Of a stretch of 64,000 bases of DNA, positions 20,336 through 31,950 are shown in pieces. The notes beneath the pieces were generated by a model. It searched no databases and was not told the origin of the DNA. It saw only the letters and a list, made by a program, of their open reading frames with translations. The first letter of the stretch is position 1. The number at the start of each line of letters is the position of its first letter. The stretch is from Thermodesulfobacteriota bacterium. GTDB taxonomy: Bacteria; Desulfobacterota_D; UBA1144; Nemesobacterales; UBA2774. The DNA lies in the NCBI GenBank assembly GCA_963422265.1, contig OY729416.1, positions 128,001 through 192,000 of the forward strand, given 5' to 3'. The translations under genes were made by a program, and so were the position numbers.

Positions 20336-21270
20336 TCGATGCGCACGAGGATATAGCGTTTCACTTAAATTATCTAAATAGGGATTTTGTGAGCCCTGAT
20401 AAACCCTGCATGATTACCTTACCCTGGCTTAAAGAGGGAAGGGTTAAACTTGTCTTTAATACCATATTTGTTCATCCGAAGCACAAGCCTCTTAAAACGG
20501 TAGAGTCAGCTTTGGATCAGCTATCTACCTATGACGATATTTACAGAGATTATTCCGAAGATGTTTTTCAAGTCAAGAGTCTCCGAGACCTGCAAAAGAT
20601 CGGCGAGGACTCCAAGATAGGATTTCTAACGTTAATGGAAGGAGCCGACCCGATTGAAAAGTCGAGCGATATTGATGAATTCTACAAGAGGGGCGTCCGT
20701 ATAATCGGACTTTCATGGAATGATAAAAACCGTTACGCTTCTGGCAATGATACGCATGAGGGACTGACAGAAGAAGGAAAAGAGCTTATCAAAAGAATGA
20801 ATGACTTGGATGTAACCCTTGATCTTTCACACTTGAACGAAAAGTGCTTCTGGGATGCGATAAATCTTACTAAACTCACTCCAATAGCTACTCACTCAAA
20901 CGCAAGAGCGCTTACGAATCACCCCAGAAATCTAACGGACGAGCAGCTTCTCGCCATATCAACTAGAGGTGGCGTGATAGGAATTGTTTTATACAACAAT
21001 TTCCTTAAAATAGGTAATGCTCCTCCCACGTTTGAAGACGTCTTTTCCCATGCTGACTATATGGTGAATCTCTGTGGGGAAGATCACGTGGGCATTGGGA
21101 GCGACATGGATGGAGCGAAAAGAGGAGACTTCCCCAAGGGACTGCAAACGATAGCCAACCTATTGAAGATAGGTCAATATTTTTTGGAGAAAGGCTATAC
21201 AGATCAACGGGTAGGGAAAATTATGAGTGGCAATTTTTTAAGGGTTATGGACAGGAATTTGAGGGGTTAA
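20314..21270 (+). CDS. Membrane dipeptidase (peptidase M19) family protein
   Basis: DAHED, MEGAD, DLSHL, THSNARAL, HPRNLTD, HVGIGSDMDG. Confidence 0.92.
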   Translation: MGKEFFIVDAHEDIAFHLNYLNRDFVSPDKPCMITLPWLKEGRVKLVFNTIFVHPKHKPLKTVESALDQLSTYDDIYRDYSEDVFQVKSLRDLQKIGEDSKIGFLTLMEGADPIEKSSDIDEFYKRGVRIIGLSWNDKNRYASGNDTHEGLTEEGKELIKRMNDLDVTLDLSHLNEKCFWDAINLTKLTPIATHSNARALTNHPRNLTDEQLLAISTRGGVIGIVLYNNFLKIGNAPPTFEDVFSHADYMVNLCGEDHVGIGSDMDGAKRGDFPKGLQTIANLLKIGQYFLEKGYTDQRVGKIMSGNFLRVMDRNLRG

Positions 21271-21285
21271 GATAAAGAGAAAGCG

Positions 21286-21702
21286 TTATAAAACTGAAAT
21301 TATATTAACTACCTTGGCTTTTACTATGTTTTTTATCTTTATAAAAAACCACCTTCTCTTTTCCCTGTAACGCCCCATGATCTCAACTCTGTCCCCACTA
21401 GAGATTGGAAGATGTTCATACTTATAGTAAACCCTTAGCTCATTGGAATTATCGTCTTTGAGCCTGAAAATCGTAAAGGGGTTGCCTTTATGCGAGGTAT
21501 AATCTACCTCTTCTACTCTTCCCTCAACCCTTACCTTCTTTCTATTATATAATTTGGGAGCCGAGACTAATTCCTCAATTGTAACTACTTCGAACTTAGA
21601 AAGATCGGGAATACTGGGATTCACCGTGGCAAGAGAAAAGATTCCCCCAGAAATAATTACAAACGTTGCGACTAAGGCTATAAGCAGTTTCTTATTAAAC
21701 AT
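21286..21702 (-). CDS. Exported or membrane-anchored OB-fold-like protein
   Basis: N-terminal hydrophobic segment, then a KKVRVEGRV...FRLKD...GDRVEIMGRY OB-fold-like pattern. Confidence 0.65.
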   Translation of the reverse strand: MFNKKLLIALVATFVIISGGIFSLATVNPSIPDLSKFEVVTIEELVSAPKLYNRKKVRVEGRVEEVDYTSHKGNPFTIFRLKDDNSNELRVYYKYEHLPISSGDRVEIMGRYREKRRWFFIKIKNIVKAKVVNIISVL

Positions 21703-21813
21703 ACCTGGGTTATTATGAATAAGAATATATAACTGTCTAGTATTAACAAGTAATACATTAGTAATATAGTATGAGACAGTAACCGATTATATTAAGCCTC
21801 GACAGGGAAACAA

Positions 21814-22614
21814 ATGAAATCACTCTTTATGCGCAAGTTAAACTGTCTTCTCAAAACGCAGACCTTTGGTAAAGTAATTTACTATCACGAAGAGATAGCT
21901 TCTACAAACACTTTACTTTTCAATCTTGCCCAAAACGGGGCATCGGAGGGGACGGTAATTATTGCGGATAAGCAAACAGACGGTAGGGGTAGGCTCAATC
22001 GCAAGTGGGTTTCACCGCCTGGAGTCAATCTATACATATCAGTGCTGCTGCGTCCTAAGGTCAATGCTCAAGAGTCTCACGTCGTTACTTTTTTAGCTGC
22101 CATAGCTCTTATGGAAACTATTAAAAAGACCGGCATCAGCACAGTAGAAACAAAGTGGCCAAACGATTTACGTATAAATAGAAAAAAGGTCGCGGGGATA
22201 TTGACTCAAATGCGGATGAATAAAGAAGCTATAGACTTCATCGTCGTAGGTATAGGGGTAAACATAAACATGTCCAGAGAGCTTATAAACTCTGAGATGG
22301 GAGGGGTAGCTAATCTTGCTACTTCGCTAAGAGAAAATTTGGGAAGAGATATCGATCGCTCAGAGTTTAGCGCCGATTTAATGCTAGAGCTAGAAAAGTG
22401 GTATCAAATGTTCAATCAACTTGGAATAAACGCCATAATAAGCGAGTGGGCGAAAAGATGGGAAGGAAAAAATCAAAGAGTGCGCGTTGATATTGATACC
22501 AGAGAGCCATTTGTAGGAACGGCAATAAATATAGACGAGCGCGGGCGACTCATAGTTAAGAAAGATAACGGAGAATTGGTAAAGGTTATTGCAGGGGACG
22601 TGAGCGTTATCTAA
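21814..22614 (+). CDS. birA: Biotin--[acetyl-CoA-carboxylase] ligase (no N-terminal HTH)
   Basis: STN, QTDGRGRLNRKW, KWPND, KKVAGIL, GIGVNIN. Confidence 0.93.
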   Translation: MKSLFMRKLNCLLKTQTFGKVIYYHEEIASTNTLLFNLAQNGASEGTVIIADKQTDGRGRLNRKWVSPPGVNLYISVLLRPKVNAQESHVVTFLAAIALMETIKKTGISTVETKWPNDLRINRKKVAGILTQMRMNKEAIDFIVVGIGVNINMSRELINSEMGGVANLATSLRENLGRDIDRSEFSADLMLELEKWYQMFNQLGINAIISEWAKRWEGKNQRVRVDIDTREPFVGTAINIDERGRLIVKKDNGELVKVIAGDVSVI

Positions 22615-23144
22615 TTATCCTCGATGTGCCTCACAATCTCTCTAGCCAGGGTCCCATATATATCCTTGGCTATGAAACCTGTTGGGCTAAAACCACTGAT
22701 CTCGCCTGCCGAAATCTCCTCCCCAGTAGCCTTGTTTACGATTGCGAGCTTAATGGCAATAGCCACCTCACCAAGCTTCACCCCACCGTCCTCATAAGTA
22801 ATATCAGAACTAGGTCTATATCCAGCCACCTCGCCTAGAACGACGATAGTGTGATCAGCAGGAACGTTTTCAACCTCACCATATTTGACGACTTTGAAAT
22901 TCTTGTTGGGTGCCATAAGTGCCGCTGCTTCGGCGGGTATTCTGGTCAAGGCTTCCTTTGGAAAATAATTTATATCGGTTTGAAACGCTTCAAATTGGAT
23001 CGCTTCGAAACCGCTTAGCTTAGTTTTGGCTGGCGTAAAGTAAGAAGATGTTTTCACATTGACGCATCCAATAATGGCAAAAGTGACAAGTAAAATAAAC
23101 ATCGGCGCTAGAAATTTAATACTCCGTCTGTCAAGATTTTCCAT
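22611..23144 (-). CDS. Putative lipoprotein (DUF4410-like)
   Basis: Lipobox IIGC after a hydrophobic stretch; start ATG 23144 behind AGAGGA; the family assignment is tentative. Confidence 0.65.
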   Translation of the reverse strand: MENLDRRSIKFLAPMFILLVTFAIIGCVNVKTSSYFTPAKTKLSGFEAIQFEAFQTDINYFPKEALTRIPAEAAALMAPNKNFKVVKYGEVENVPADHTIVVLGEVAGYRPSSDITYEDGGVKLGEVAIAIKLAIVNKATGEEISAGEISGFSPTGFIAKDIYGTLAREIVRHIEDN

Positions 23145-23244
23145 TGAATAATTCCTCTTTGTGTAGCCTCCTCGCCTAGCGAGTAAAAAAGGTAAAGATA
23201 ACATATTACAGTCGTATGGCAAACGTTAGCTCAGATTATCACAG

Positions 23245-23721
23245 CTAAGTGATTTCAAGAACCACAAACTCTCTTACCCCACCAGGCGCCTGCACCACAA
23301 CGTCATCATCCACCTGTTTCCCTATCAGAGCCCGTCCTATAGGTGAGGTAATAGATATGAGCCCATTCTCTGGATCTGATTCATCAGGTCCTACTAGCTG
23401 GTAGGATACGATGCCTCCAGTATCTAAATTTTCGAGCTTGACCTGAAGACCGAATGTTACCCTGTCCTTATTAGTAAGAGTAGTGGGATCAATAATATCA
23501 GCTCTGCTAAGCTTGCTCTCAAGCTCTTCTATACGTCCTTCAACAAAAGACTGTCGGTTTTTAGCCGATTCGTATTCAGCATTTTCAGAAAGATCTCCGA
23601 GCGATCTAGCGTATTCAATAGATTTTATCACCTCTGGTCTTTCTACAGTTTTAAGCCTGTTGAGTTCACCCCGCATTTTCTTGAATCCATTAGGAGTTAT
23701 TGGAACTCTTTCAGTAGTCAC
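23245..23721 (-). CDS. greA: Transcription elongation factor GreA
   Basis: GDLSENAEYESAK, ISITSPIGRALIGK. Confidence 0.97.
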   Translation of the reverse strand: MTTERVPITPNGFKKMRGELNRLKTVERPEVIKSIEYARSLGDLSENAEYESAKNRQSFVEGRIEELESKLSRADIIDPTTLTNKDRVTFGLQVKLENLDTGGIVSYQLVGPDESDPENGLISITSPIGRALIGKQVDDDVVVQAPGGVREFVVLEIT

Positions 23722-23742
23722 GTTATTTCCCTCCTTAAATTA

Positions 23743-26700
23743 CTAATAATAATCTTGAAGGGCTTTGACTTCCAGTCCTTCTTTAAGCAAAACTTCGATT
23801 GCCCCTACTGCCGCGATCCCACCCTCCATTGTAGTAAAATAGGGAACTCCGTGCAGGAGGGCACTCCTTCTTATTGAATACGATTGAGCCACTTCCGTCT
23901 CGCCAAAAGTCGTGTTAAGAATAAGTTGCACCCCGCCACTTTTTATATGGTCCACAATATGAGGGTGCCCATCTTTTACTTTTTTTACGTATTCACATTC
24001 AATATCTCTATCTCTGAAATACTTAGCCGTGCCTTGTGTAGCCAAAACTTCAAAGCCGAGGCGCAACAGATCCTTCGCTATCTTGGAAGCCTTGAGCTTA
24101 TCATCGTCCTTAATGCTTATAAACGCAGTCCCTCCTAGCGGCAGCTCAGTGCCAGAGGCAATCTGGGATTTTGCAAATGCCTTTCTTATATCCGTGTCAA
24201 TACCCATTACTTCTCCTGTTGATTTCATTTCCGGACCCAAAATCGTGTCAACACCCGGAAACTTAAGGAATGGGAATACTGACTCCTTTACGCATATATG
24301 TTTAGGAATAATTTCCTTGGTAAAGCCGAGTTCATCCAGTGTTTTTCCTATCATTATTTTAGTAGCTAGCTTAGCAAGCGGTACCCCTGTAGCCTTACTG
24401 ACAAATGGCACTGTGCGGCTTGCCCTAGGATTAACCTCAATTATGTAAACCTCCCAGTCTTTGACTGCAAACTGTAAATTTATGAGCCCTTTTGCCTTAA
24501 TAGCTAAAGCAAGCTCTCTTGTCTGGTGCTTTATCTCGTCGATGATTGAATCCTCAATAGAAAAGGGGGGAAGCACCATTGCGCTGTCTCCAGAATGCAC
24601 CCCAGCCTCTTCTATATGCTCTAAGATGCCTGCAACTACTACTTTCTTGCCATCAGAGAGTGCATCTACATCAAGCTCTTTTGCGTTGTTAAGAAACTTA
24701 TCAATTAGAATAGGCTGATTTGGAGAGATTCTAACAGCTTCTTCGATATAGCGCTCTAAAGATTGCTCGGTATAAACGATCTCCATCGCCCTGCCTCCTA
24801 AAACGTAGGAAGGTCGGACGACGACCGGGTAGTCAATTTCCTTCGCTATCTGAATAGCCTCTTTTTTACCTCTCGCAATGCCGCTTTCAGGCTGCTTAAA
24901 ACCCAGTTTATGAATTAAATTTCTGAACCTTTCTCTATCCTCGGCTAGATCAATGCTATCGGGAGGCGTTCCAATTATCTTTACGCCTCTCTGCTCAAGC
25001 GGAATGGCGAGCTTAAGAGGGGTCTGCCCCCCTAGGTGCACTATTACTCCATCGGGTTTCTCTCTTTGGATGACCGACAATGTGTCTTCCAAGGTAAGAG
25101 GTTCGAAATAAAGCCTGCCCGACGTGTCATAATCCGTGCTTACTGTCTCAGGGTTGCAATTAACCATGATTGATTCAATGCCTTCCTCTCTAAGTGAAAA
25201 CGAGGCGTGGACGCAACAATAATCAAATTCAATTCCCTGTCCAATTCTATTTGGTCCACCACCCAAAATCATAACTTTCCGACTATCCATAGGAGCAGTC
25301 TCATCTTCTTGTTCAAAAGTGGAGTAAAAGTAAGGAGTATGCGCTTCAAATTCGGCAGCGCATGTGTCAACCATTTTGTAAACCGGTTTTATATTATCTC
25401 TTTCCCTTGAATGCCTTACACCATCCTCAGAGTTTGAGGTAAGGTTAGCAATTCTTTCATCAGAAAATCCGTAAGCCTTTGCTTTTCTAATCATATTCTC
25501 GTTCAATTTTCCGTTCCCGGAGCTAATTTCACGTTCCATTTCAATTATCTGCTTTACGTTTATGAGAAACCATGGATCAATAAACGTTAGCTCATATACC
25601 TCATCAACGTCCATCCCACATCTAAAGGCATCCGCCAGATACCAGAGTCTTTCTGAATTTGGGGTTTTTAGCCTTTCCTTTATTAATTCAACGTCCTTAG
25701 TTTTTGGCGTAAATCCTGACGAATCAACTTCAAGCGAGCGTATGGCTTTTTGCAGAGATTCCTTAAAAGTCCTCCCGATCGCCATAGCCTCGCCTACTGA
25801 CTTCATTTGCGTTGTCAGGGACGATTCAGCCTTGGGAAACTTATCAAAATTGAACCTTGGGATCTTTACTACTACATAGTCAATTGTTGGCTCAAAAGAC
25901 GCGGGAGTATATTGAGTTATATCATTAGGGATTTCATCAAGCGTATAGCCTACAGCAAGTTTCGCTGCTATCTTGGCAATAGGAAACCCGGTCGCTTTAG
26001 AAGCCAAGGCGGAGCTTCTTGAGACCCGCGGGTTCATTTCAATTACAAACATCCTCCCGTCCTTTGGGTTTATGGCAAATTGGACGTTTGATCCTCCTGT
26101 GTCAACGCCTATTTCTCTAATTATTCTCATGGAAGCGTCGCGCATTCTTTGGTATTCTTTATCCGTGAGGGTTTGAGAAGGCGCTACGGTAATGCTATCG
26201 CCCGTATGAACTCCCATGGGATCAAAGTTCTCTATTGAGCATATAATTACTACGTTATCGTTACTATCTCGCATCACTTCAAGCTCATACTCCTTCCAAC
26301 CGAGCACGGATTCTTCTATAAGAACCTCTGTAGAAGGGCTCAAATCCAGACCGCATCTTACGTACTCCTCAAATTCCTCACTGCTGTAAGCGACGTTGCC
26401 TCCTACCCCGCCAAGGGTAAATGAGGGTCTTATTATCAAAGGGAAGCCTATTTTGTCCATTACTCGCGTAGCTTCCTCCATAGTCCGTGCTATGCCGCTT
26501 TTGGGAACCTCAAGTCCGATCTTTATCATGGCATTCTTAAAAAGCTCTCGGTTCTCTGCTTTCTTTATAGCGGGGAGTTTAGCCCCTATGAGTTCCACGC
26601 CATGTCTTTCAAGTGCTCCTGATTCAGCTAGAGCAACCGCTACGTTAAGCGCCGTCTGACCGCCGAGGGTAGGAAGCAAGGCGTCTGGCGTCTCTTTTTC

Positions 26701-26934
26701 AATTATCTTTTCAACTATCTCAGGCACTATGGGTTCTATATAAGTTCTGTCGGCAAACGTTGGGTCAGTCATAATAGTGGCGGGATTACTATTTACGAGA
26801 ATAATCCTGTAGCCCTCTTCCTCAAGAGCTTTACACGCTTGGGTGCCTGAGTAGTCAAACTCGCACGCCTGCCCTATAACTATAGGACCCGAACCAATTA
26901 TCAAAATTGTTTTAATATCAGCGCGTTTTGGCAT
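23743..26934 (-). CDS. carB: Carbamoyl-phosphate synthase large subunit
   Basis: [30 protein letters not shown]; duplicated ATP-grasp domains; MGS domain; 1063 aa. Confidence 0.98.
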   Translation of the reverse strand: MPKRADIKTILIIGSGPIVIGQACEFDYSGTQACKALEEEGYRIILVNSNPATIMTDPTFADRTYIEPIVPEIVEKIIEKETPDALLPTLGGQTALNVAVALAESGALERHGVELIGAKLPAIKKAENRELFKNAMIKIGLEVPKSGIARTMEEATRVMDKIGFPLIIRPSFTLGGVGGNVAYSSEEFEEYVRCGLDLSPSTEVLIEESVLGWKEYELEVMRDSNDNVVIICSIENFDPMGVHTGDSITVAPSQTLTDKEYQRMRDASMRIIREIGVDTGGSNVQFAINPKDGRMFVIEMNPRVSRSSALASKATGFPIAKIAAKLAVGYTLDEIPNDITQYTPASFEPTIDYVVVKIPRFNFDKFPKAESSLTTQMKSVGEAMAIGRTFKESLQKAIRSLEVDSSGFTPKTKDVELIKERLKTPNSERLWYLADAFRCGMDVDEVYELTFIDPWFLINVKQIIEMEREISSGNGKLNENMIRKAKAYGFSDERIANLTSNSEDGVRHSRERDNIKPVYKMVDTCAAEFEAHTPYFYSTFEQEDETAPMDSRKVMILGGGPNRIGQGIEFDYCCVHASFSLREEGIESIMVNCNPETVSTDYDTSGRLYFEPLTLEDTLSVIQREKPDGVIVHLGGQTPLKLAIPLEQRGVKIIGTPPDSIDLAEDRERFRNLIHKLGFKQPESGIARGKKEAIQIAKEIDYPVVVRPSYVLGGRAMEIVYTEQSLERYIEEAVRISPNQPILIDKFLNNAKELDVDALSDGKKVVVAGILEHIEEAGVHSGDSAMVLPPFSIEDSIIDEIKHQTRELALAIKAKGLINLQFAVKDWEVYIIEVNPRASRTVPFVSKATGVPLAKLATKIMIGKTLDELGFTKEIIPKHICVKESVFPFLKFPGVDTILGPEMKSTGEVMGIDTDIRKAFAKSQIASGTELPLGGTAFISIKDDDKLKASKIAKDLLRLGFEVLATQGTAKYFRDRDIECEYVKKVKDGHPHIVDHIKSGGVQLILNTTFGETEVAQSYSIRRSALLHGVPYFTTMEGGIAAVGAIEVLLKEGLEVKALQDYY

Positions 26935-27060
26935 AGTAGGAGCTTATCCACACTATTGTCATACAGCTATGCTTTGTTTATAGAGACTCGCTTGAATGTG
27001 CCCTTTTAACGGCTAGCATGGTCCTATTTCTCGTGAGATCAGTATCAGAATTCCTATCTT

Positions 27061-27771
27061 TCAAGTCTCGGTGTCTTTTAGCGTCTTTCTCTTTGCCAAT
27101 TCGCCCATCACGTGGGTCATTCTCTGAATTGCTGTATATAGAGAAAAGACCAACAGAATAACCAAAGCGAGCTTGAGCAGGTAGTTGTCCCCTTGGAATC
27201 CTAAAGCTCTAGCTGCCAAATTGCCGAGGAAATCAAATACGGAGAGAACGCCTAGATACACGACCCTTTCTGTTCTCTGCATTATTCCCACTTCGCACTT
27301 AACCCCAAGCCCCTCTGCCCTTGCCCTAGTGTAGCTAACCATCGTAGTGGAGACTAGAATAAGATACATTACGTATATGAATACTGACTCCCGGAAAAAA
27401 CTAAGTAGTCCCATGTAAATTAAGGCTTCTGCAAACCTATCGAGGCATGAGTCGAAAAACGCTCCGTGCTCGCTGTTTACGCCAAGTGCTCTAGCGACGC
27501 GCCCATCAAAAATATCGAAGGTGGATCCAGCCAAGACCAATACGCCTGCTACGAAGATGAATCCGAGGTGATAACATAACCCCGCTATACCTCCAACGAC
27601 TAGCGTAGATAGGGTTAATACGTTAGGGTGAATTTTAATCTTTAGAAGATAATCCTCAATAGGTAGAACAAGTAATAACCACCAAGCCTTGACGCCACTT
27701 CCCAACAGTTTGGAAGACTCGGGCTCTTTATTGTTTTTGGCTCTCTGCACAATTTCCTTGGGGCGGGTCAT
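27061..27771 (-). CDS. CDP-alcohol phosphatidyltransferase family protein
   Basis: HPNVLT; DIFDGRVAR...GAFFDSCLDR signature; SYTRARAEGLG. Confidence 0.92.
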   Translation of the reverse strand: MTRPKEIVQRAKNNKEPESSKLLGSGVKAWWLLLVLPIEDYLLKIKIHPNVLTLSTLVVGGIAGLCYHLGFIFVAGVLVLAGSTFDIFDGRVARALGVNSEHGAFFDSCLDRFAEALIYMGLLSFFRESVFIYVMYLILVSTTMVSYTRARAEGLGVKCEVGIMQRTERVVYLGVLSVFDFLGNLAARALGFQGDNYLLKLALVILLVFSLYTAIQRMTHVMGELAKRKTLKDTET

Positions 27772-27889
27772 AACAATCCTAAACTACTATGGTTTTTACT
27801 TTAGTAAAAGTATCAGTTTTAAGCAAGGGTGGCAAGAGATAAAACTTTACTAATCCAACTTATAGAGCGTATTACTAAACACCGAGAGT

Positions 27890-28576
27890 CTAATCATTAA
27901 CAGTTGTATATAAAAACGTCACGTCCGGTTCCAGTTCCTTGAGCCTCTCGCCGTATATATTGGCTTTTTCTTTGCTATCAAAAGTTCCTATTCTTAACCT
28001 ATGCAGAATTTTACCGTCAGAAAATTTTACGGACTTGATAAAAACAGGATAGCCCTTTGATTTCATTATCCTAACAAATCTATCAGCCTTATCCTTATTT
28101 CTGAAAGATGCTATTTGCACCGTCCAACGACCACCATGAGCAATGGACGGCAGTTCTAGGCTTTCTTTTGCAGTTCGCTCTTTTTCAGTTGAAGCGCTCT
28201 TTTCAATCTCAATACCAATATGAGAAGAAGGTTGCTTCTGCACGGATGCGTCTTGTTCCAGGGACTGCTTTTGACTAACCTCTAAAGGATACTCTTCTGC
28301 TACGTCAGATACCCTCGTTGGGCTAAGCCTGCGAGACGTGGATTTAATCCCTTCCTCTCTAGCTTCTAGCTTATTGTCCACAAGAGCTTCTCTAGGACTT
28401 TCTGAACCGTCAATCCCTTGATCCCCTCTCTTGCTTGTCATCTTAGTGCCAGCTTCTATATTGGTTACTCCCTTACCCACTATAACTCCTAAGCTAAATA
28501 CGAGTATAAAGAGTATAGAGAAAGCGAAACAGAGCACTAATATCTGAGTTTTACTTGGTTTAGCTTTATCACTCAT
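27890..28576 (-). CDS. SPOR domain protein (FtsN/DedD-like)
   Basis: N-terminal TM, charged linker, WTVQIASF...HRLRIGTF SPOR domain; lies downstream of argS. Confidence 0.85.
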   Translation of the reverse strand: MSDKAKPSKTQILVLCFAFSILFILVFSLGVIVGKGVTNIEAGTKMTSKRGDQGIDGSESPREALVDNKLEAREEGIKSTSRRLSPTRVSDVAEEYPLEVSQKQSLEQDASVQKQPSSHIGIEIEKSASTEKERTAKESLELPSIAHGGRWTVQIASFRNKDKADRFVRIMKSKGYPVFIKSVKFSDGKILHRLRIGTFDSKEKANIYGERLKELEPDVTFLYTTVND

Positions 28577-28580
28577 AAGA

Positions 28581-30263
28581 TCACATCTCTTCTGGCGTGG
28601 ATATGCCTAACAATCTGAGTCCGTTGCTCAAAACGATCCGAACGCACTTAACTAGGTGAAGCCTAGCACTACTTAGTGCCTGATTTTCATTAACAATTCT
28701 ACACTTATTATAATAAACGTGGAAATCCGCTGCAATTTCCTGAAGGTAATACGCCACTTTATGAGGTGCTAGGCGTAAAGCCCCTTCTTCAACCGCTTTG
28801 GGGAAGAGCAGAAGTTTTTTAATAAGCTCAATCTCTTGAGAGTCTCTAAGGAGATTCAACGAGCTAGCTAATGGATGTAAGTCCACCTCTTTTGCTTTCC
28901 TAAATATGCTATTAATTCTTACGTACGCATACTGTATATAGTAAACCGGGTTCTCGCTAGATTCTTTCCTAGCTAAACCCAGATCGAAATCCAAGTGGCT
29001 CTCAGAACTTCGCATGAGAAGAAAATAACGAGTTACGTCAGCACCTACTTCATTTATAACGTCGCGCATTGTGACGTAGCTCCCTGCTCGTTTAGACATA
29101 GGGACCTCTTTGCCGTTTTCCATAAGCCTTACAAATTGGATCAGCACGACGTTTAATTTTGAATCATCATACCCCAATGCCCTTAGCGCAGCCTTAAGGC
29201 GGGATACGTGACCGTGATGATCCGCTCCCCATACGTTAATTAGATTTTGATAACCCCTTTCTAATTTATCGCAATGGTAAGCTATATCGGCAAGAAAATA
29301 GGTAGGCGATCCATCGCTTTTAACCATTACCCAATCCTGAGAGTCTCCATATTCAGAAGCCTTAAACCAAAGGGCTCCGTCCTTGTTCTCTAAGGCGCCC
29401 TTCCGCTCTAACTGATCTTTGGTTCTGTCGAGTCTTGTTTTATCTTCAGCATTGAGGTAAGGGCTATGAATCTTGTCGAGTTCGCTATACCACTCATCAA
29501 AATAAACCCCGATTCTTTTCAAATCAATGTTAATACCCTCTAAAAGGGTTGAAGAGGCATAGTTCCTTGAGTAGGATAGGGCGTCTTCCTCAGTCATATC
29601 CTTTAGCAAGCCGTTACCCTTTTCATCATTGATTGCTTTTGCTATTTTTCTTATATAATCACCTTTGTAGCCATCTTCCGGGATTTGAGATTCCTCGCCG
29701 ACAAACTCTTTGTATCTAGCGTAAACCGATTGTCCTAGAAGGCGTATCTGCCTTCCTGCGTCATTTATGTAGAACTCTCTTGTAATTTGATGACCGGTAG
29801 CTTTCAGCAAACTTGATATTGTGTCTCCAACGACGGCGTTTCGGGCGTGACCCATGTGGAGATAGCCAGTAGGATTCGCACTTACGAACTCGACCAAGAC
29901 TTTCTTATTCTTCCCGATGTCAATATAACCAAACTCTTCTCCCAAGCTATCAATTTCATTGAGCTTATTTACTATAGCCTGCTCTTTGACAAAAAAGTTT
30001 ATAAATCCAGCCCCCGCTATTTCAATTTTCTTAAATAGGGAGTTTTTCTCCTCGGGTAGATTTTCAATTATAAGCTCCGCCGTACGACGGGAGTTTTCTC
30101 CCATTCTCTTTGCGAGAATCATAGCTGTATTTACCGAGAAATCACCGAACTCCTTCCTCTTCGGCACGTCAACGTCAACCATTAGGTTTAGATCGTCTAA
30201 ACCAACCTTAACCCTTATATTCTCAACGGATTCAGCTACAATTCTTTCTATATCTTCTTTCAT
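28581..30263 (-). CDS. argS: Arginine--tRNA ligase
   Basis: VEFVSANPTGYLHMGHARNA, WGADHHG, MSKRAG, NPVYYIQYAY; start set at MKEDIE (30263). Confidence 0.97.
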   Translation of the reverse strand: MKEDIERIVAESVENIRVKVGLDDLNLMVDVDVPKRKEFGDFSVNTAMILAKRMGENSRRTAELIIENLPEEKNSLFKKIEIAGAGFINFFVKEQAIVNKLNEIDSLGEEFGYIDIGKNKKVLVEFVSANPTGYLHMGHARNAVVGDTISSLLKATGHQITREFYINDAGRQIRLLGQSVYARYKEFVGEESQIPEDGYKGDYIRKIAKAINDEKGNGLLKDMTEEDALSYSRNYASSTLLEGINIDLKRIGVYFDEWYSELDKIHSPYLNAEDKTRLDRTKDQLERKGALENKDGALWFKASEYGDSQDWVMVKSDGSPTYFLADIAYHCDKLERGYQNLINVWGADHHGHVSRLKAALRALGYDDSKLNVVLIQFVRLMENGKEVPMSKRAGSYVTMRDVINEVGADVTRYFLLMRSSESHLDFDLGLARKESSENPVYYIQYAYVRINSIFRKAKEVDLHPLASSLNLLRDSQEIELIKKLLLFPKAVEEGALRLAPHKVAYYLQEIAADFHVYYNKCRIVNENQALSSARLHLVKCVRIVLSNGLRLLGISTPEEM

Positions 30264-30354
30264 TTCAGATCGGAAGATTACACCATATATTGATTCAAGC
30301 CGCAAGAAGCCGAAGCGTTTAGGTCTCGCAATATTCTTGCTGCGCAATTAAAAC

Positions 30355-30975
30355 TCAGGGGATGGTCGCCATAGGGGTAAGGTGCGATAAGTTGTTCAGT
30401 TCTTTTATTTTAATTTCTCCTCTTTCGCAAACGATTAAGTTCTTACAGGAAGCCTGCAGATCGAAATGGCGGAAACTCTTGAGTCCCAAACCCGTGATTT
30501 TGCACAATAAAGTTACAATTGCTAGATTGTGACTAACTATAACTATGGTTTCTCCCTCGTGCTTTTTAAGGACTTTTTCAAAATATTCCCATACTCTCTC
30601 CTGCACTTGACTTAGTGATTCTCCCTTAGGTAGTACTAATTTTTCCGGATCCTCACGCCACTTTTTGAGAATATGAGCGTACCTTTCCTTTATCTCCTCG
30701 AATTCAAGTCCTTCGAACTCCCCCTGGTTCATTTCTCTCAAGTCGGCATCAACTTTTACAGGCAAACGGTGATGACTCGCAATTTGCCGCGCGGTTTCAT
30801 AGGCTCTTTTAAGATCACTGGAATAAATGGCGGAGATCTTTTCGTTTCTAAGTGAATTTGCTAGTTCTCTAACCTGTTTCCTTCCGTTTTGGTTTAATAC
30901 TATATCAGAAACTCCTTGGCATCTGCCAGTGCGGTTCCAATCCGTTTCTCCATGTCGTATCAGTATCAGATTCAT
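30355..30975 (-). CDS. Histidine phosphatase family protein (CobC/PspA-like)
   Basis: LIRHGETDWN, SSDLKRAYETA, GES, VSH. Confidence 0.92.
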   Translation of the reverse strand: MNLILIRHGETDWNRTGRCQGVSDIVLNQNGRKQVRELANSLRNEKISAIYSSDLKRAYETARQIASHHRLPVKVDADLREMNQGEFEGLEFEEIKERYAHILKKWREDPEKLVLPKGESLSQVQERVWEYFEKVLKKHEGETIVIVSHNLAIVTLLCKITGLGLKSFRHFDLQASCKNLIVCERGEIKIKELNNLSHLTPMATIP

Positions 30976-31032
30976 TTTCAGTCTCTACCGAGTTGTAAGG
31001 CGACAAAAGAGGCTATACGTCCGCTCGCCAGA

Positions 31033-31944
31033 TTAGAATGGCTCGTTTCTAAACGGGACAACTATACCCTCGGTTCTAGCCTCCTTCGCAAGTTTAGGAG
31101 GTGGAGCGGGTAGCGGCGCGGACTTATAAATTGCATTTAAGCAATAATGATCAAACGCGACGTTTCCTGAAGATTCTTCTACCCTTACTTTATAGACTCT
31201 GCCCATCTGATCAATCTTAAAAAATATAAGTGCAACGAGGCTTCCGTCTGTAGGCACGCCAGGTGGGATATTCCAACTAAGGCGTATCCTCTGATGCACC
31301 TGAGCGGTAAACAATTGGCTTATTAATGGGTTTACCAACGAACCCGCGGGTGATTCTCGAGAATCTTTACCCTCTACTCCTTCGATTTTTTTATCAGACT
31401 TCGCCAATTGTATCTTCCTTTCCCCTCCTTCTTTACTTTTTCTGTTTAAGTCTTCCAGCACCTTTTCTCTTTGAATGTTCTTAATTATTCTTTCTCGCTC
31501 TTTCTCAAAATCTCTTTTTTTAGTCGGTTTGGGCTTAGGCTTAGGCTTTTCGGATACCTTTTTTTTCTCGGGCTTTTGTTTGATTTTGCTTTTCTTCTCT
31601 TCCTTTTTTTTCTTTTTGGTCTCTAAAGGAACTACCTCTTTTTTCTCAGGTTGTGAAGAATGAGAATTAACCTCTTCCCGTTCCTTTTTAATCTTTCTGG
31701 GATCAGGCGCGGATTTCTCCGCGTTGGCGGGAGGCTTTGATTTATCAACGCTAACTTTATCAAGTTCGGAGAGTGACACTTGAATAGGAGCTTCCTTACT
31801 AACAACGTAATTGGTAACCGTTCTAAATCCCCAGAAAAAAACCAGTGCTAACACAACCGCGTGTAAAGCTATTGAAAGGAAGGCTCCACCAAATGACGAG
31901 CCTTTCGAAGAATCGCTGTTTGATGATTTCATGTCCCCGTTCAT
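31033..31944 (-). CDS. TolA/TonB family protein
   Basis: TM segment SIALH, Lys/Pro-rich linker, C-terminal ESSGNVAFD...APLPAPP; lies downstream of tolQR. Confidence 0.85.
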   Translation of the reverse strand: MNGDMKSSNSDSSKGSSFGGAFLSIALHAVVLALVFFWGFRTVTNYVVSKEAPIQVSLSELDKVSVDKSKPPANAEKSAPDPRKIKKEREEVNSHSSQPEKKEVVPLETKKKKKEEKKSKIKQKPEKKKVSEKPKPKPKPTKKRDFEKERERIIKNIQREKVLEDLNRKSKEGGERKIQLAKSDKKIEGVEGKDSRESPAGSLVNPLISQLFTAQVHQRIRLSWNIPPGVPTDGSLVALIFFKIDQMGRVYKVRVEESSGNVAFDHYCLNAIYKSAPLPAPPPKLAKEARTEGIVVPFRNEPF

Positions 31945-31950
31945 CTTCAG